Source of the DNA: Alphaproteobacteria bacterium
GTDB taxonomy: Bacteria; Pseudomonadota; Alphaproteobacteria; UBA8366
DNA: 64,000 nt
Reading direction: 5' to 3'
Assembly (NCBI GenBank): GCA_028281325.1
Contig: JANQKC010000024.1
Location: 79,474-143,473 of the forward strand
The translations under genes were made by a program, and so were the position numbers. Positions 17,254 to 26,960 of this stretch are shown piece after piece. Within the stretch, counting starts at the first letter, position 1; each line of letters begins with the position of its first letter. The notes below the pieces were generated by a model. The model did not search any database and had not been told where the DNA came from. It worked only from the letters and a program-made list of their open reading frames with translations.

Positions 17254-19068
17254 CTAAGCCGGCGCGGCGGATTGAATGGGGGGGAAATCGTCGGCTGTCA
17301 GGACTTCATTCTCCAAGAGCAGCGCCGCGCCCCGGTCGAGATCGGTTCGGCGTTTCTCCAGGATTCCCTTTGCGTCGGTAAGGGCTCGATCCACCAGGAC
17401 ACGAATCTCGCGGTCAATCAGTCTTGCGCTATCCTCGCTGTATACGCGCTGTTGCGAGATGCCGTAAACGGAATCGCCCAGAAAGGCTTGCCGCTGCGGC
17501 TCATAGACCATCTGCCCGGCTTCGTCGGACATGCCGAAGCGGGTCACCATGTTCCGGGCGATCTCGGTCGCCTTATCCAGGTCGTCATTGGCGCCGGTGG
17601 AGATTTCCCCGAAAATCAGCGCTTCGGCCGCGCGGCCGCCGAGTAGGACCGTCATCTTGTCCTTGAGTTCCCGGCGGGTCATGAGGAACCGGTCTTCGGT
17701 TGGGCGCTGCATCGTGTACCCCAACGCCCCGATGCCGCGGGGGATGATCGATACCTTGTGGATCGGATCCATGCCCGGCAGGGAGGCGGCGATCAGGGCG
17801 TGGCCCATTTCGTGATAAGCGACGGTCTTGCGCTCTTTCGGGTTAAGGACGCGGCTTTTCTTTTCCAGTCCGGCGACGATCCTTTCGATCGCAACGTTGA
17901 AGTCGTCCATGGTGACCGATTCGCTGGCGCGGCGGGTTGCCGCCAACGCGGCCTCGTTGACTAGGTTGGCAAGGTCCGCGCCCGAGAAGCCGGGCGTCAG
18001 CGCCGCGACTTGGTCGGGATCGACATCGTCGGCCAAGACGATCTTCCGCAGATGCACCTTGAGGATCGCGCTCCGCCCCAGCTTGTCGGGTCGGTCGACC
18101 AGCACTTGGCGGTCGAACCGGCCGGCGCGAAGCAGGGCCGGATCGAGAATTTCCGGACGGTTGGTGGCGGCCAGCAGCACGATGCCCTGGCTGGTGTCGA
18201 AGCCGTCGAGTTCGTTCAGGAGTTGGTTCAAGGTTTGCTCTTTCTCATCATAGCCGCCCATCGGCGTGACGCCGCGGGCGCGGCCGAGCGCGTCCAACTC
18301 GTCGATAAAGATGATGGAGGGGGCGGCTTTGCGGGCCTGTTCGAATAGGTCCCGGACCCGCGCCGCCCCGACGCCCACGAACATCTCGACGAATTCGGCA
18401 CCGGAGATCGAGTAGAACGGCACCCCTGCTTCGCCGGCCACGGCGCGGGCCAGCAACGTCTTGCCCGTTCCCGGGGGCCCGACCAACAGGACCCCCTTGG
18501 GAATCCGCGCGCCGAGCCGCCCATAGCTATCTGGATCGTTCAGAAAGTTCACCACTTCCTGCAGTTCCGCCTTCGCCTCGTCGACGCCGGCCACGTCCTC
18601 GAAGGTGACCTTCGTGTCGGTTTCTACATAGACCTTGGCCTTGGATTTGCCGATGGTGGTGAGACCGCCGAAACCTTGTTTCTCGGCCATCTTCCGGATC
18701 AGGAACATCCAGACGCCCAGAAAGAAGAGCACGGGAAGAACCCAGGACAGAATGTCCCGGAACCAGGTGTTCTGAATCGTGCCGGTGAACGTGACGCCGT
18801 GCTCGGAGAGCTGTTCGGCCATGTCCGGATCGACGCGCACGGTTACGAAATAGTGCTGGCCGTCCGGCAATGGGTTGCGCAGCTTGCCTTCCAGGTATTT
18901 TTCTTTGACCGAGACTTCCTCGATCTCGCCTTGCCGCAGAAGATCCTCGAACGTGCTGTAGGAAATCGGCTCGACCTGTTTGTGGGTCGTGTACCAACTC
19001 TGAAACAGGAAGATCAGAAAAAACGCCAACAGGGCGTAGTAGATATTGATCTGATTCTTCTTCTCCAT
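17254..19068 (-). CDS. ftsH: ATP-dependent zinc metalloprotease FtsH
   Basis: Walker [12 protein letters not shown] region and HEMGHA zinc site. SD is GGAAGG. Confidence 0.9.
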   Translation of the reverse strand: MEKKNQINIYYALLAFFLIFLFQSWYTTHKQVEPISYSTFEDLLRQGEIEEVSVKEKYLEGKLRNPLPDGQHYFVTVRVDPDMAEQLSEHGVTFTGTIQNTWFRDILSWVLPVLFFLGVWMFLIRKMAEKQGFGGLTTIGKSKAKVYVETDTKVTFEDVAGVDEAKAELQEVVNFLNDPDSYGRLGARIPKGVLLVGPPGTGKTLLARAVAGEAGVPFYSISGAEFVEMFVGVGAARVRDLFEQARKAAPSIIFIDELDALGRARGVTPMGGYDEKEQTLNQLLNELDGFDTSQGIVLLAATNRPEILDPALLRAGRFDRQVLVDRPDKLGRSAILKVHLRKIVLADDVDPDQVAALTPGFSGADLANLVNEAALAATRRASESVTMDDFNVAIERIVAGLEKKSRVLNPKERKTVAYHEMGHALIAASLPGMDPIHKVSIIPRGIGALGYTMQRPTEDRFLMTRRELKDKMTVLLGGRAAEALIFGEISTGANDDLDKATEIARNMVTRFGMSDEAGQMVYEPQRQAFLGDSVYGISQQRVYSEDSARLIDREIRVLVDRALTDAKGILEKRRTDLDRGAALLLENEVLTADDFPPIQSAAPA

Positions 19069-19093
19069 GGCGGTGCCTTCCGCGGATGACCGC

Positions 19094-19582
19094 CTAATCC
19101 TTGACGATGCGCCAGGTGCCGTCCGGCTGACGGCAGGCGACGCCGAAGCCCTGTTGGGTTTTTCCGGCGATGGTGACGCTTTGCTGGAACTCCCGGCAGT
19201 ATTGGCCGCTCGCCGAGGTGCCGTCGCGGGTGGGCGTGACCGTGCCGCTGTTGCCCGACTCGGGATTGTTCCAGGTGATGGTCTCGCCCAACGGGGCGTT
19301 GTGGGCCCTGCTGACCGCTCGATCTGCGCTCAGGCGGTCGGCCCTGTCGAGGCTCCGGCCGACCTCGCCGCCGGCAAGCGCGCCGATCAGAACCCCCACG
19401 GCGGTCGCCGCGAGCTTCCCCGTGCCGGACCCGAATTGTGCGCCGAGCAGGCCGCCGAGTGCGGCGCCGCCCAAGGTCCCGACGGTTTCCTTCTGGCCCG
19501 CCCGGTCGATGCCGGAACAGGCGCTGCCGATCAACGCCGTGGCCACCAAAACTGCGGTGAAACGGTTGGAAAGTCTCGCCAT
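19094..19582 (-). CDS. Outer-membrane lipoprotein, glycine-zipper/17-kDa surface antigen family
   Basis: Lipobox LIGSAC, GxxxG glycine-zipper repeats and a strong AAGGAG SD. Confidence 0.6.
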   Translation of the reverse strand: MARLSNRFTAVLVATALIGSACSGIDRAGQKETVGTLGGAALGGLLGAQFGSGTGKLAATAVGVLIGALAGGEVGRSLDRADRLSADRAVSRAHNAPLGETITWNNPESGNSGTVTPTRDGTSASGQYCREFQQSVTIAGKTQQGFGVACRQPDGTWRIVKD

Positions 19583-19804
19583 CGTCTAGCTCCTTTACGT
19601 CGTCGCATCCGATGTCCCTCTCGACGAGTCATGGATGCGAAGGTGTGGTTCAAGAATGATCGCGCGTGCTACGGATAGTTACAGCCTGTTTTGTCCGTCG
19701 GCCGCATTGACATCGCTCAAGCCGCTTGGTGCGTTCGCGGCGCACCGGTTGACCCAAATCAAGGCCCTGCATTCAGAGAAATGGCCGAGTCTCTTATGTA
19801 GACG

Positions 19805-20974
19805 ATGGAAATTCATTTTGTATTCCTCACCCTGGGCGGGCTCCTGTTGCTCGGCATGTTTGCCGATGAACTCGGCCGGCGTACCCGTCTGCCCCGGGTC
19901 AGCCTGATGATCCTGTTCGGTGTCGCCGTCGGCGCATCCGGGTTCGATCTGTTGCCGCGGGCGGTGCACGGATGGTTCGATTTTCTCGCGTCCGCCGCGT
20001 TGACGATGGTCGCCTTTCTGCTGGGCAGCCGGTTCACGCGGTCGAAGCTGCGCGATCAGGGCCGGGCGATCGTCATGATCTCGTTGATCGCGGTGCTTGT
20101 CACGGCGGCAATCGTCGGCGTCGGATTGATCGTCGCCGGCGCGCCGTTGATCGTTGCGCTGTTGCTGGGCGGGATCGCCACGGCGACCGCGCCCGCCGCG
20201 ACGCAAGACATCGTAAAGCAGGCCGGCGCGAACGGCCCGTTCACGGATACCTTGCTGGGCGTCGTCGCCATCGACGACGCTTGGGGATTGATTCTGTTCA
20301 GTGTCTTGCTGATTACGGCGAAGGCGATCATTGGCGACGGCGGCGCGGACATCCTGGCCCAAAGCCTATGGGAGCTTGGCGGGGCCGTCGCCGTCGGGAC
20401 CGTCGTCGGCGTTCCGGCCGCGTTTCTAACCGGCCGCCTGCATCCGGGAGAGCCCATTCAGGCGGAAGCGATCGGCGTCGTGTTCCTGTGCGCCGGGCTT
20501 GCGTTGTGGCTCGAGGTCTCGTTCCTGTTGAGCGGCATGGTCGCCGGTGCGCTGATCGTCAACCTGGCGCGGCATCACACGCGGACATTTCACGAGATCG
20601 AGCGTATCGAATGGCCCTTCATGGTGCTGTTCTTCGTGCTTGCCGGTGCGTCGCTCGATCTGAACGCTTTGACCGATATCGGCATCATCGGCCTTGCCTA
20701 TCTGGGGCTCCGCGTTGTCGGCCGGGTCGTTGGGGGATGGTCCGGCGCGGCGGTTTCAGGAATTCCGATGCTTCATCGGTACTGGATCGGGTTCGCGCTG
20801 CTGCCGCAGGCCGGCGTCGCGCTCGGCATGGCCCTGGTCGCCGTGGTTCATTTTCCCGAACTCGGGAAAACGTTGCTTGCCGTGACGATTGGTTCGACCA
20901 TTGTGTTCGAACTCTTCGGCCCGCTGTTCACGCAGGCGGCGCTTCGCAAGGTCGGCGAGGCGCGGGCGCGTTAG
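19805..20974 (+). CDS. Cation:proton antiporter (CPA/Na+-H+ exchanger family)
   Basis: 389-aa polytopic membrane protein with a CPA-like pattern. Confidence 0.75.
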   Translation: MEIHFVFLTLGGLLLLGMFADELGRRTRLPRVSLMILFGVAVGASGFDLLPRAVHGWFDFLASAALTMVAFLLGSRFTRSKLRDQGRAIVMISLIAVLVTAAIVGVGLIVAGAPLIVALLLGGIATATAPAATQDIVKQAGANGPFTDTLLGVVAIDDAWGLILFSVLLITAKAIIGDGGADILAQSLWELGGAVAVGTVVGVPAAFLTGRLHPGEPIQAEAIGVVFLCAGLALWLEVSFLLSGMVAGALIVNLARHHTRTFHEIERIEWPFMVLFFVLAGASLDLNALTDIGIIGLAYLGLRVVGRVVGGWSGAAVSGIPMLHRYWIGFALLPQAGVALGMALVAVVHFPELGKTLLAVTIGSTIVFELFGPLFTQAALRKVGEARAR

Positions 20975-21666
20975 TCGAGCATGTCGGTAATGCCCGGCGA
21001 TACCTGCAAGTGGTTTTGCAGCGCGCTGACCGCCGGGATGTTTTCGACCGCGACCTGCAACGCTGCCTTATGCTCCGGCGATTGCGCCAGGCCCCAAAGG
21101 TGCACGACTCCGTCTTTGACGAGCGTGTTGATATAGGCGCTGGACCCGCTGTCGACCTCGCGGATCGCGGCCATCACTGCCTCGCGCAGGGTCAGGTCGT
21201 CCTCCGCCGGCGCCGCAACCGGGATATGCCGCACGGCGAGCGCGCGGATGATATCGGCCCTGCTGACGATGCCGACAAGCCGGTCGCCGCGCAGAACGGG
21301 AACCCGTTTGATCCGGTTTTCCTCCAGAAGTTCGGCGATGTCCGCGACCGGGGTGTCTTCGTCGATCGTCAAGACCTCTTTCGTCATGACGTCGCGGACG
21401 TGGACCGCGTGGCTCTTCAGGAAATCGCGCGCTTTCTCCTCGTTCGACACCAGCATGTCCAGCCACCAGGATTGTTTTCGCTCCGTCCCGGTTTCGACGC
21501 GCCGCAGCAGGTCGCCTTCGCTGATGACGCCGATGAGATGGCCGTCGTCATCGACCACCGGTAGGGCGCTGACCGAGCGCTCCAGCAGAAGCTGTGCGAC
21601 GTCATGGATCGTTTGGTCCGCGCGCGCGCACGCGACATGAGTCGTCATGATTTCTTTTGCCAGCAT
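20971..21666 (-). CDS. CBS-pair plus BON domain protein
   Basis: Two CBS motifs followed by a C-terminal BON-like segment. An ATG at 21666 sits directly after a GTG. Confidence 0.65.
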   Translation of the reverse strand: MLAKEIMTTHVACARADQTIHDVAQLLLERSVSALPVVDDDGHLIGVISEGDLLRRVETGTERKQSWWLDMLVSNEEKARDFLKSHAVHVRDVMTKEVLTIDEDTPVADIAELLEENRIKRVPVLRGDRLVGIVSRADIIRALAVRHIPVAAPAEDDLTLREAVMAAIREVDSGSSAYINTLVKDGVVHLWGLAQSPEHKAALQVAVENIPAVSALQNHLQVSPGITDMLD

Positions 21667-21688
21667 CACGCTCTCGCTCGCCGTTCAG

Positions 21689-21955
21689 TTACAAGGGATA
21701 GTCTTTCTCCGGGTCGATGCCCGCGCCCTCCAGGAATTTGCGCATCTGTCGAACATGCGGCGGCGCCAGAGAATGAGAATCGTGGGAAAACTCCGCGAAG
21801 TGGCCGTTCAACCGTACGCCTAGCCGACCGCCATGCCGCTGCTCGATTTCGCCGCCCAACTCTTTCAGCACCGCTTCGACGGACCGGCTGGAAATGTTTG
21901 CGCTGACCGGGTGGGCGAACAGCGCGTGGAGGGTCTTACGGTGCTTGTGATTCAT
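21689..21955 (-). CDS. HicA-family toxin-like protein (type II TA mRNA interferase family); no partner seen
   Basis: MNHKHRKTLHALFAHPV ... HFAEFSHDSHS...VRQMRKFLEGAGI matches the long-form HicA family from memory. Confidence 0.45.
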   Translation of the reverse strand: MNHKHRKTLHALFAHPVSANISSRSVEAVLKELGGEIEQRHGGRLGVRLNGHFAEFSHDSHSLAPPHVRQMRKFLEGAGIDPEKDYPL

Positions 21956-22108
21956 CGGGTCTGCGATTCCCTGTCTCGTTGTGCCTAGCGGGGCGGATTA
22001 TGCCCTCCATACATTATGCGTAACGGCGCCTGACGCAGCGTTGACGTGGATCAACAATCAATACGTTCGGGCGTTCCGTTTCGGCAGCGATAGGATTGTC
22101 CGCGGCGG

Positions 22109-23083
22109 TCAGGGGGTCAAGATCGCCCGGCCGATGAGATTGCGGTCCATGATCGACTGCAGCAGGCGCGGCGCCTGGTTCAGCGGCGCTGTCTCCGCGA
22201 TGCGCGGTCGTATCTTGTTCTGCCGCCGCCATGCGAACAGCGTGTCGACCGTTTGGCGCACCATGTCCGGTTTATGGAATCGGTAGTAGCGCATGACCAT
22301 GCCGAGCGCGCGCCGGTTCTTCACCAGCAACCGGTTGGAGGGGATTTGCGGAATATCGCCGCCGGCAAAGCCGACAATAACATGCCGGCCGCCCCAACCG
22401 AGGCCGCTCAGGACGTCGGGATAAAGGCTTCCCATGACCGGGTCCAACGCGACATCGACGCCCTTGCCGTCCGTCAGGTCCATGATCGCCGCCTTCAGCC
22501 CGCCGCCCGTATAGTCGATGCCGTCGTCCGCGCCATGCTCGGCGGCAATGCGCAACCGCTCATCAGAACTTGCCACGGCGATGACCCGCGCGCCCAGCGC
22601 CTTGGCGACTTCGACCGCCGCCAGTCCGACGCCGCCGGCGGCGCCGGTCACCAGGACCGTCTCCCCCGGGTTGACGCCGGCCTCCCAATACAGGCCGCAA
22701 TGCGCCGTCGTATAGGCCATGCAAAGCGCCGCGCCATCGTGGAAGCCGATATCGTCGGGCATCGGCCAGACTTGGCTGGCGTCGACCGTCGCGAAATCCG
22801 CCCAGCCGCCCTCGTCGTTAAGCGCAATCACCGGCGTCCCGACGGCGGGACCTGCAACGGTCTCGCCCAGCGCGGCAACCGTTCCCGCGATCTCCATGCC
22901 GGGGACATAGGGCATGTCGTGTTTGATTTGGTGCTTGCCGGCGAGTTGCAGCCCATCGTGATAGGCGACGCCAGCGGCCTTGACCGCGATCTTGATCTGT
23001 CCGGGCGACGGCGTCGGTTCGGGAAAGTCGCCGACGATCAGGCTATCGGAGGCGCCGTAGGCACGGGCGAATACTGCGTGCAT
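22109..23083 (-). CDS. Zinc-binding dehydrogenase/quinone oxidoreductase (MDR superfamily)
   Basis: 324 aa from MHAVFARAYG with a GAAGGVG NAD(P) motif. The upstream 268 codons of the ORF are Arg-rich frame noise. Confidence 0.75.
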   Translation of the reverse strand: MHAVFARAYGASDSLIVGDFPEPTPSPGQIKIAVKAAGVAYHDGLQLAGKHQIKHDMPYVPGMEIAGTVAALGETVAGPAVGTPVIALNDEGGWADFATVDASQVWPMPDDIGFHDGAALCMAYTTAHCGLYWEAGVNPGETVLVTGAAGGVGLAAVEVAKALGARVIAVASSDERLRIAAEHGADDGIDYTGGGLKAAIMDLTDGKGVDVALDPVMGSLYPDVLSGLGWGGRHVIVGFAGGDIPQIPSNRLLVKNRRALGMVMRYYRFHKPDMVRQTVDTLFAWRRQNKIRPRIAETAPLNQAPRLLQSIMDRNLIGRAILTP

Positions 23084-23176
23084 GTTCTTCTCGATCAGAG
23101 GTTTAGATTTGCGGAGCGGAATGTCGCGCAGTGTAAAGAATTTTTGCCGACGGCGCTCGGATCGGCTTTTTCCCGC

Positions 23177-24445
23177 ATGAAACAGTTCGTCATGCGTCCG
23201 CAGATTTTCGGCCAAACCGAAAAGCTGCTGATTTACGCCGAGGCGTTCTATACTGGTCGCGGAACGTTGGTTTGCGTTGGGGGGACTGTGGTTTTGCTGC
23301 GCGAGGGATTTCGCCCGTTCTTTCTCGGCGCGGGGCTCTTTGCCGCGTTGGCAATGATCCTGTGGTTCGGCTATTTCCAGTTCGGATGGTCCTTGCCGGT
23401 CGCCACATCGCCCGCCTTGTGGCACGGCCACGAAATGATCTTCGGATTCGTCGCGGCGGCCATTGCCGGGTTTATCCTGACCGCCTTGCCCAATTGGACC
23501 GGAACCGAGCCGGTCGCCGGCCGGTGGCTTGCGGCGTTGGTGGCGCTGTGGGTCGCGGGGCGTCTCCTGTTGGCGACAAGCGCGATATGGCCCGCCGGCT
23601 TGGTGGCCATTGTCGATACGGCCTTCCTGGTGAGCTTGGCCGGTTACGTCGGGTGGGCGCTGATCGAATCGCAAAACTGGCGCAATCTGGTGTTCCTGGC
23701 CGCGATCGCGACGGTTATCGGCGGCAATCTGTTGTTCCATGCCGAGCAGCTTGGCCTCGCCGATGACGTCGGTTCCGACGGATTGCGTCTCGCCCTCAAC
23801 GGAATCGTGCTCTTGATCGCGATCATCGGTGGGCGGATCATCCCGGCCTTCACGCGAAACGCGCTCGATCGCGAGGGAATTACCCATGACATCGAGCCGC
23901 GGGCTTGGCTCGACGTGGCGGCGATTATCGCGGTCTTTGCGATCATCCCGGCGGACCTGTTCGGGCGCGATACCCTCGCGGCGGCGGCGGTCACGCTGGT
24001 CGCGGCGATCCTCAATACTTTACGGTTCCTGACCTGGCAGAGCGAGCGGACCCTTGGCATGCCGATCGTGTGGTCGCTTCATCTTGGCTATTTCTGGTTG
24101 ATCGTTGGCTTGTTCATGAAAGGACTCGCCGCGTCGTTGCCATCATTGGCGGGGATCGTGTGGATTCACGCGATCACGATCGGTGCGGTCGGAACCATGG
24201 TCATGGCCGTGATGACGCGCGCCACGCTGGGTCATACCGGGGGCGTCCTCGTCGCAAGCCGGACGACGGCGATCGCCTATGGCGCGGTCTCGCTCAGCGC
24301 GGTTAGCCGTATCATCGCGCCGGAGGTGCCGGACGTCCTGTACCTATTTCTCCTCGGCCTGTCGGCCGTCGCGTGGATCGCCGTCTTCGCGGTCTTCGTC
24401 GTGGAATTTTGGCCCCGGCTGACGGGCCCGACGTCCAGCGAATAG
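23177..24445 (+). CDS. nnrS: NnrS-family membrane protein (haem-copper, NO-stress associated)
   Basis: About 420-aa polytopic protein with conserved His residues, NnrS-like. The upstream 300 codons of the ORF are an antisense artefact of the MDR gene. Confidence 0.7.
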   Translation: MKQFVMRPQIFGQTEKLLIYAEAFYTGRGTLVCVGGTVVLLREGFRPFFLGAGLFAALAMILWFGYFQFGWSLPVATSPALWHGHEMIFGFVAAAIAGFILTALPNWTGTEPVAGRWLAALVALWVAGRLLLATSAIWPAGLVAIVDTAFLVSLAGYVGWALIESQNWRNLVFLAAIATVIGGNLLFHAEQLGLADDVGSDGLRLALNGIVLLIAIIGGRIIPAFTRNALDREGITHDIEPRAWLDVAAIIAVFAIIPADLFGRDTLAAAAVTLVAAILNTLRFLTWQSERTLGMPIVWSLHLGYFWLIVGLFMKGLAASLPSLAGIVWIHAITIGAVGTMVMAVMTRATLGHTGGVLVASRTTAIAYGAVSLSAVSRIIAPEVPDVLYLFLLGLSAVAWIAVFAVFVVEFWPRLTGPTSSE

Positions 24446-25183
24446 CGAATTCTCGTTCGCGGCCGCCCTGGCGGTCGTCCGGATTCCCGTTGGACACAGG
24501 GTGCGAAGCGGACAACGCTGGCAGATCGGCGTGTGGTGTCGGCACCGCCGTTGCCCGTGATGCTTCATCAGCGTGTGGTGAACATCGAAGTCGGTCGCCG
24601 TCCAGTCGTCGGGCAGTTGTCGCGTCAGTTGACGCGCCGCGGCCGGGATGGTGGCGTCCGGCGGCACGATCCCCAGCCGCCGGGCCACCCGCAAATGATG
24701 CGTATCGACGACAAGCGCCCGCATTTGCAGTCGGCTGAAGTTCAGCACGGCGGCGCTGACCTTGGCGCCCACGCCGGGCAGGTCCTCAAGCCATGACAAG
24801 GCGTCTTCCACCGGCCAATCCCGGAGGAAATCCAAATCCAGACTGCCGCGGCGGGCATGGATCTGCCGGAGCGCGGCCGGCAGGTGTACCGCTTTCCGTT
24901 CGGCGAACGTGAGCGGTGTCAGGATTGGCGCCAGATCCTCCGGCGTTGCGACGCGAACGGCCTCCCAACTCCGGTACCGCCGGAAAACCGCCTCGAAGAC
25001 ACGCTTCGACACTTCGGTCTGCGTTCGCGTGCCCAAGAGCGCCAAGACGAGCTGGCTCAACGGCGGCGGACGCAACCATGCGGGCGGCGGTCCATAATGA
25101 GTCAACAAGTGCCGATGAATTTCGGCGATCCGCGTCGGCGGTAGGGTCGGCAGCGAGTATTGCATCTCGCCATTTTCGAACAA
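24344..25183 (-). CDS. HhH-GPD base-excision glycosylase (endonuclease III-like) with a Cys cluster
   Basis: LPGVGAKVSAAVL HhH motif and C-x7-C-x2-C-x5-C. The C-terminal tail is low-complexity. Confidence 0.7.
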   Translation of the reverse strand: MFENGEMQYSLPTLPPTRIAEIHRHLLTHYGPPPAWLRPPPLSQLVLALLGTRTQTEVSKRVFEAVFRRYRSWEAVRVATPEDLAPILTPLTFAERKAVHLPAALRQIHARRGSLDLDFLRDWPVEDALSWLEDLPGVGAKVSAAVLNFSRLQMRALVVDTHHLRVARRLGIVPPDATIPAAARQLTRQLPDDWTATDFDVHHTLMKHHGQRRCRHHTPICQRCPLRTLCPTGIRTTARAAANENSLFAGRRARQPGPKFHDEDREDGDPRDGRQAEEK

Positions 25184-25464
25184 AACAAGAACATATCAAG
25201 TGCTCATTGAACCGAATGATCGAAAAATTGCGTGTATTTTCAATATTATACACTCTTATAGATAATTCAAATAAAACACACAAATTATAATTGTTTAAAC
25301 TTATTATTATCATCTTCAGATGGTGAATACATTGGCGAAGCCGGCTGATCGGGTTCCGTGGTGATCATCAAATTCTTCCTTGTTCGCGCTTGATCGGCAC
25401 CGGATGATGGTGCGGTTGGCCGAATCCCGGCGCGTAGAAAATCAGCATTCAGGAGAGAATCGTC

Positions 25465-26922
25465 ATGCCTGCACGTGCGTTCGATGGCGCGGTGACCCTT
25501 GCGTCGGCGATCCGGAACAAGGAAATCGGGTGTCTTGAATTGCTCGATCTCTATCTCGACCGTGTCGAGCGGCATAATCCGGCGCTGAACGCCGTCGTCG
25601 TCATGGACGCCGACTCTGCGCGGAATCGCGCGCGGGAGCTTGATTCGGCGCTCGCTGCCGGAACGGTCATCGGGCCGTTGCACGGGGTGCCGATGACGGT
25701 GAAGGAGTCGTTCGACATCGCCGGCATGCCGACGACCTGGGGGGCACCGTGGCTGAAGGACAACGTCGCGGCGTCGGATGCGTTGGCGGTCGAGCGGTAT
25801 CGATCGGCGGGCGCGGTGATTTTCGGCAAGACGAACGTCCCCTACATGCTGGCGGATTGGCAGACCTATAACGCGGTCTACGGAACGACGAACAATCCCT
25901 GGGATCTGTCGCTCGCACCGGGCGGATCGTCGGGCGGCGGCGCGACGGCAATGGCGGCCGGGCTGAGCGGTTTGGAGACCGGCAGTGATATCGGGGCGTC
26001 GATCCGCAATCCCGCACATTATTGCGGCGTGTTCGGGCACAAGCCGAGCTATGGGATCGCGTCGCCGCGTGGGCATGCCTTGCCGGATACCCTGACGCCT
26101 GCCGATATCTCGGTGATCGGCCCCTTGGCGCGCAGCGCCGAGGATCTTGAGGTGGCGCTTGACGTCATCACCGCCCCCGACCCCTTCGACGCGCCTGGCT
26201 GGCGGATCGACCTGCCGGCGGCGAAGAAGACGCGCCTCGCCGATTTCAAGGTCGGCGTCATGCTGTCCGATCCCAACACCGAGGTGGATGACGAACTGAG
26301 CGAGACGCTGCAGGCATTGGTCGACAGGATCGCCGCCGCAGGCGCGACGGTCAGCGATACCGTGCGTCCGGACATCGATACCCGCCGGTCGCACGCGGTC
26401 TATGTGGCGTTGCTGCGGGCGGCGACCTCGGGCCGGCAGACCGATGAGGAAAAGGCGCGGGCGCGCGAAGCGGTCGCGGGTCTCGATCCCGATGACGACA
26501 GCTACTATGCGCAGTTGATGCGCGCCAACACGATGTCGCACGCCGACTGGCTGTCGGTCCGGGAAGAGCGCAGCCATCTGCGGCTGCGCTGGCAGGAATT
26601 CTTCGGGGACTATGATCTTCTGCTCTGTCCCGCGGCGTCCTCGGCCGCGCAACCGCATGACCACGACGGCGAACGGTATCAGCGCACGATCCGCATCAAC
26701 GGGCATGACGTGCCGACGACTGACCAGTTGTTCTGGGCGGGATATAGCGGCGTGGTCTATCTGCCGTCGACGGTGGCGCCGGCTGGCCTGACGCGGTCGG
26801 GCCTGCCGGCCGGCCTGCAGATCATCGGACCCTATCTCGGCGACCGAACCTGCATCGCGTTCGCGCGCTTGATCGAGGAATCCTTCGGAGGATTCCAGCC
26901 GCCGCCGGATTTCGCGGATTGA
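25465..26922 (+). CDS. Amidase (amidase-signature family)
   Basis: GGSSGG signature and Ser-cisSer-Lys triad context. Confidence 0.85.
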   Translation: MPARAFDGAVTLASAIRNKEIGCLELLDLYLDRVERHNPALNAVVVMDADSARNRARELDSALAAGTVIGPLHGVPMTVKESFDIAGMPTTWGAPWLKDNVAASDALAVERYRSAGAVIFGKTNVPYMLADWQTYNAVYGTTNNPWDLSLAPGGSSGGGATAMAAGLSGLETGSDIGASIRNPAHYCGVFGHKPSYGIASPRGHALPDTLTPADISVIGPLARSAEDLEVALDVITAPDPFDAPGWRIDLPAAKKTRLADFKVGVMLSDPNTEVDDELSETLQALVDRIAAAGATVSDTVRPDIDTRRSHAVYVALLRAATSGRQTDEEKARAREAVAGLDPDDDSYYAQLMRANTMSHADWLSVREERSHLRLRWQEFFGDYDLLLCPAASSAAQPHDHDGERYQRTIRINGHDVPTTDQLFWAGYSGVVYLPSTVAPAGLTRSGLPAGLQIIGPYLGDRTCIAFARLIEESFGGFQPPPDFAD

Positions 26923-26960
26923 GGGCGGGAATCCCTGGTTAGGGGCGCGTGCCTGACGGC

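Noticed and set aside
21956-22108. A HicB-like antitoxin partner next to the HicA-like gene
   Set aside because: The ORF track has no frame of 60 aa or more with antitoxin-like features. A shorter ORF cannot be excluded but I could not support one by eye.
22253-23176. N-terminal 308 codons of the 730-aa ORF containing nnrS, and likewise the 268 upstream codons of the 592-aa ORF containing the MDR dehydrogenase (23084..23887)
   Set aside because: The extensions are antisense to each other's real gene and are compositionally junk. The recognisable proteins start at internal Met codons 23177 and 23083.
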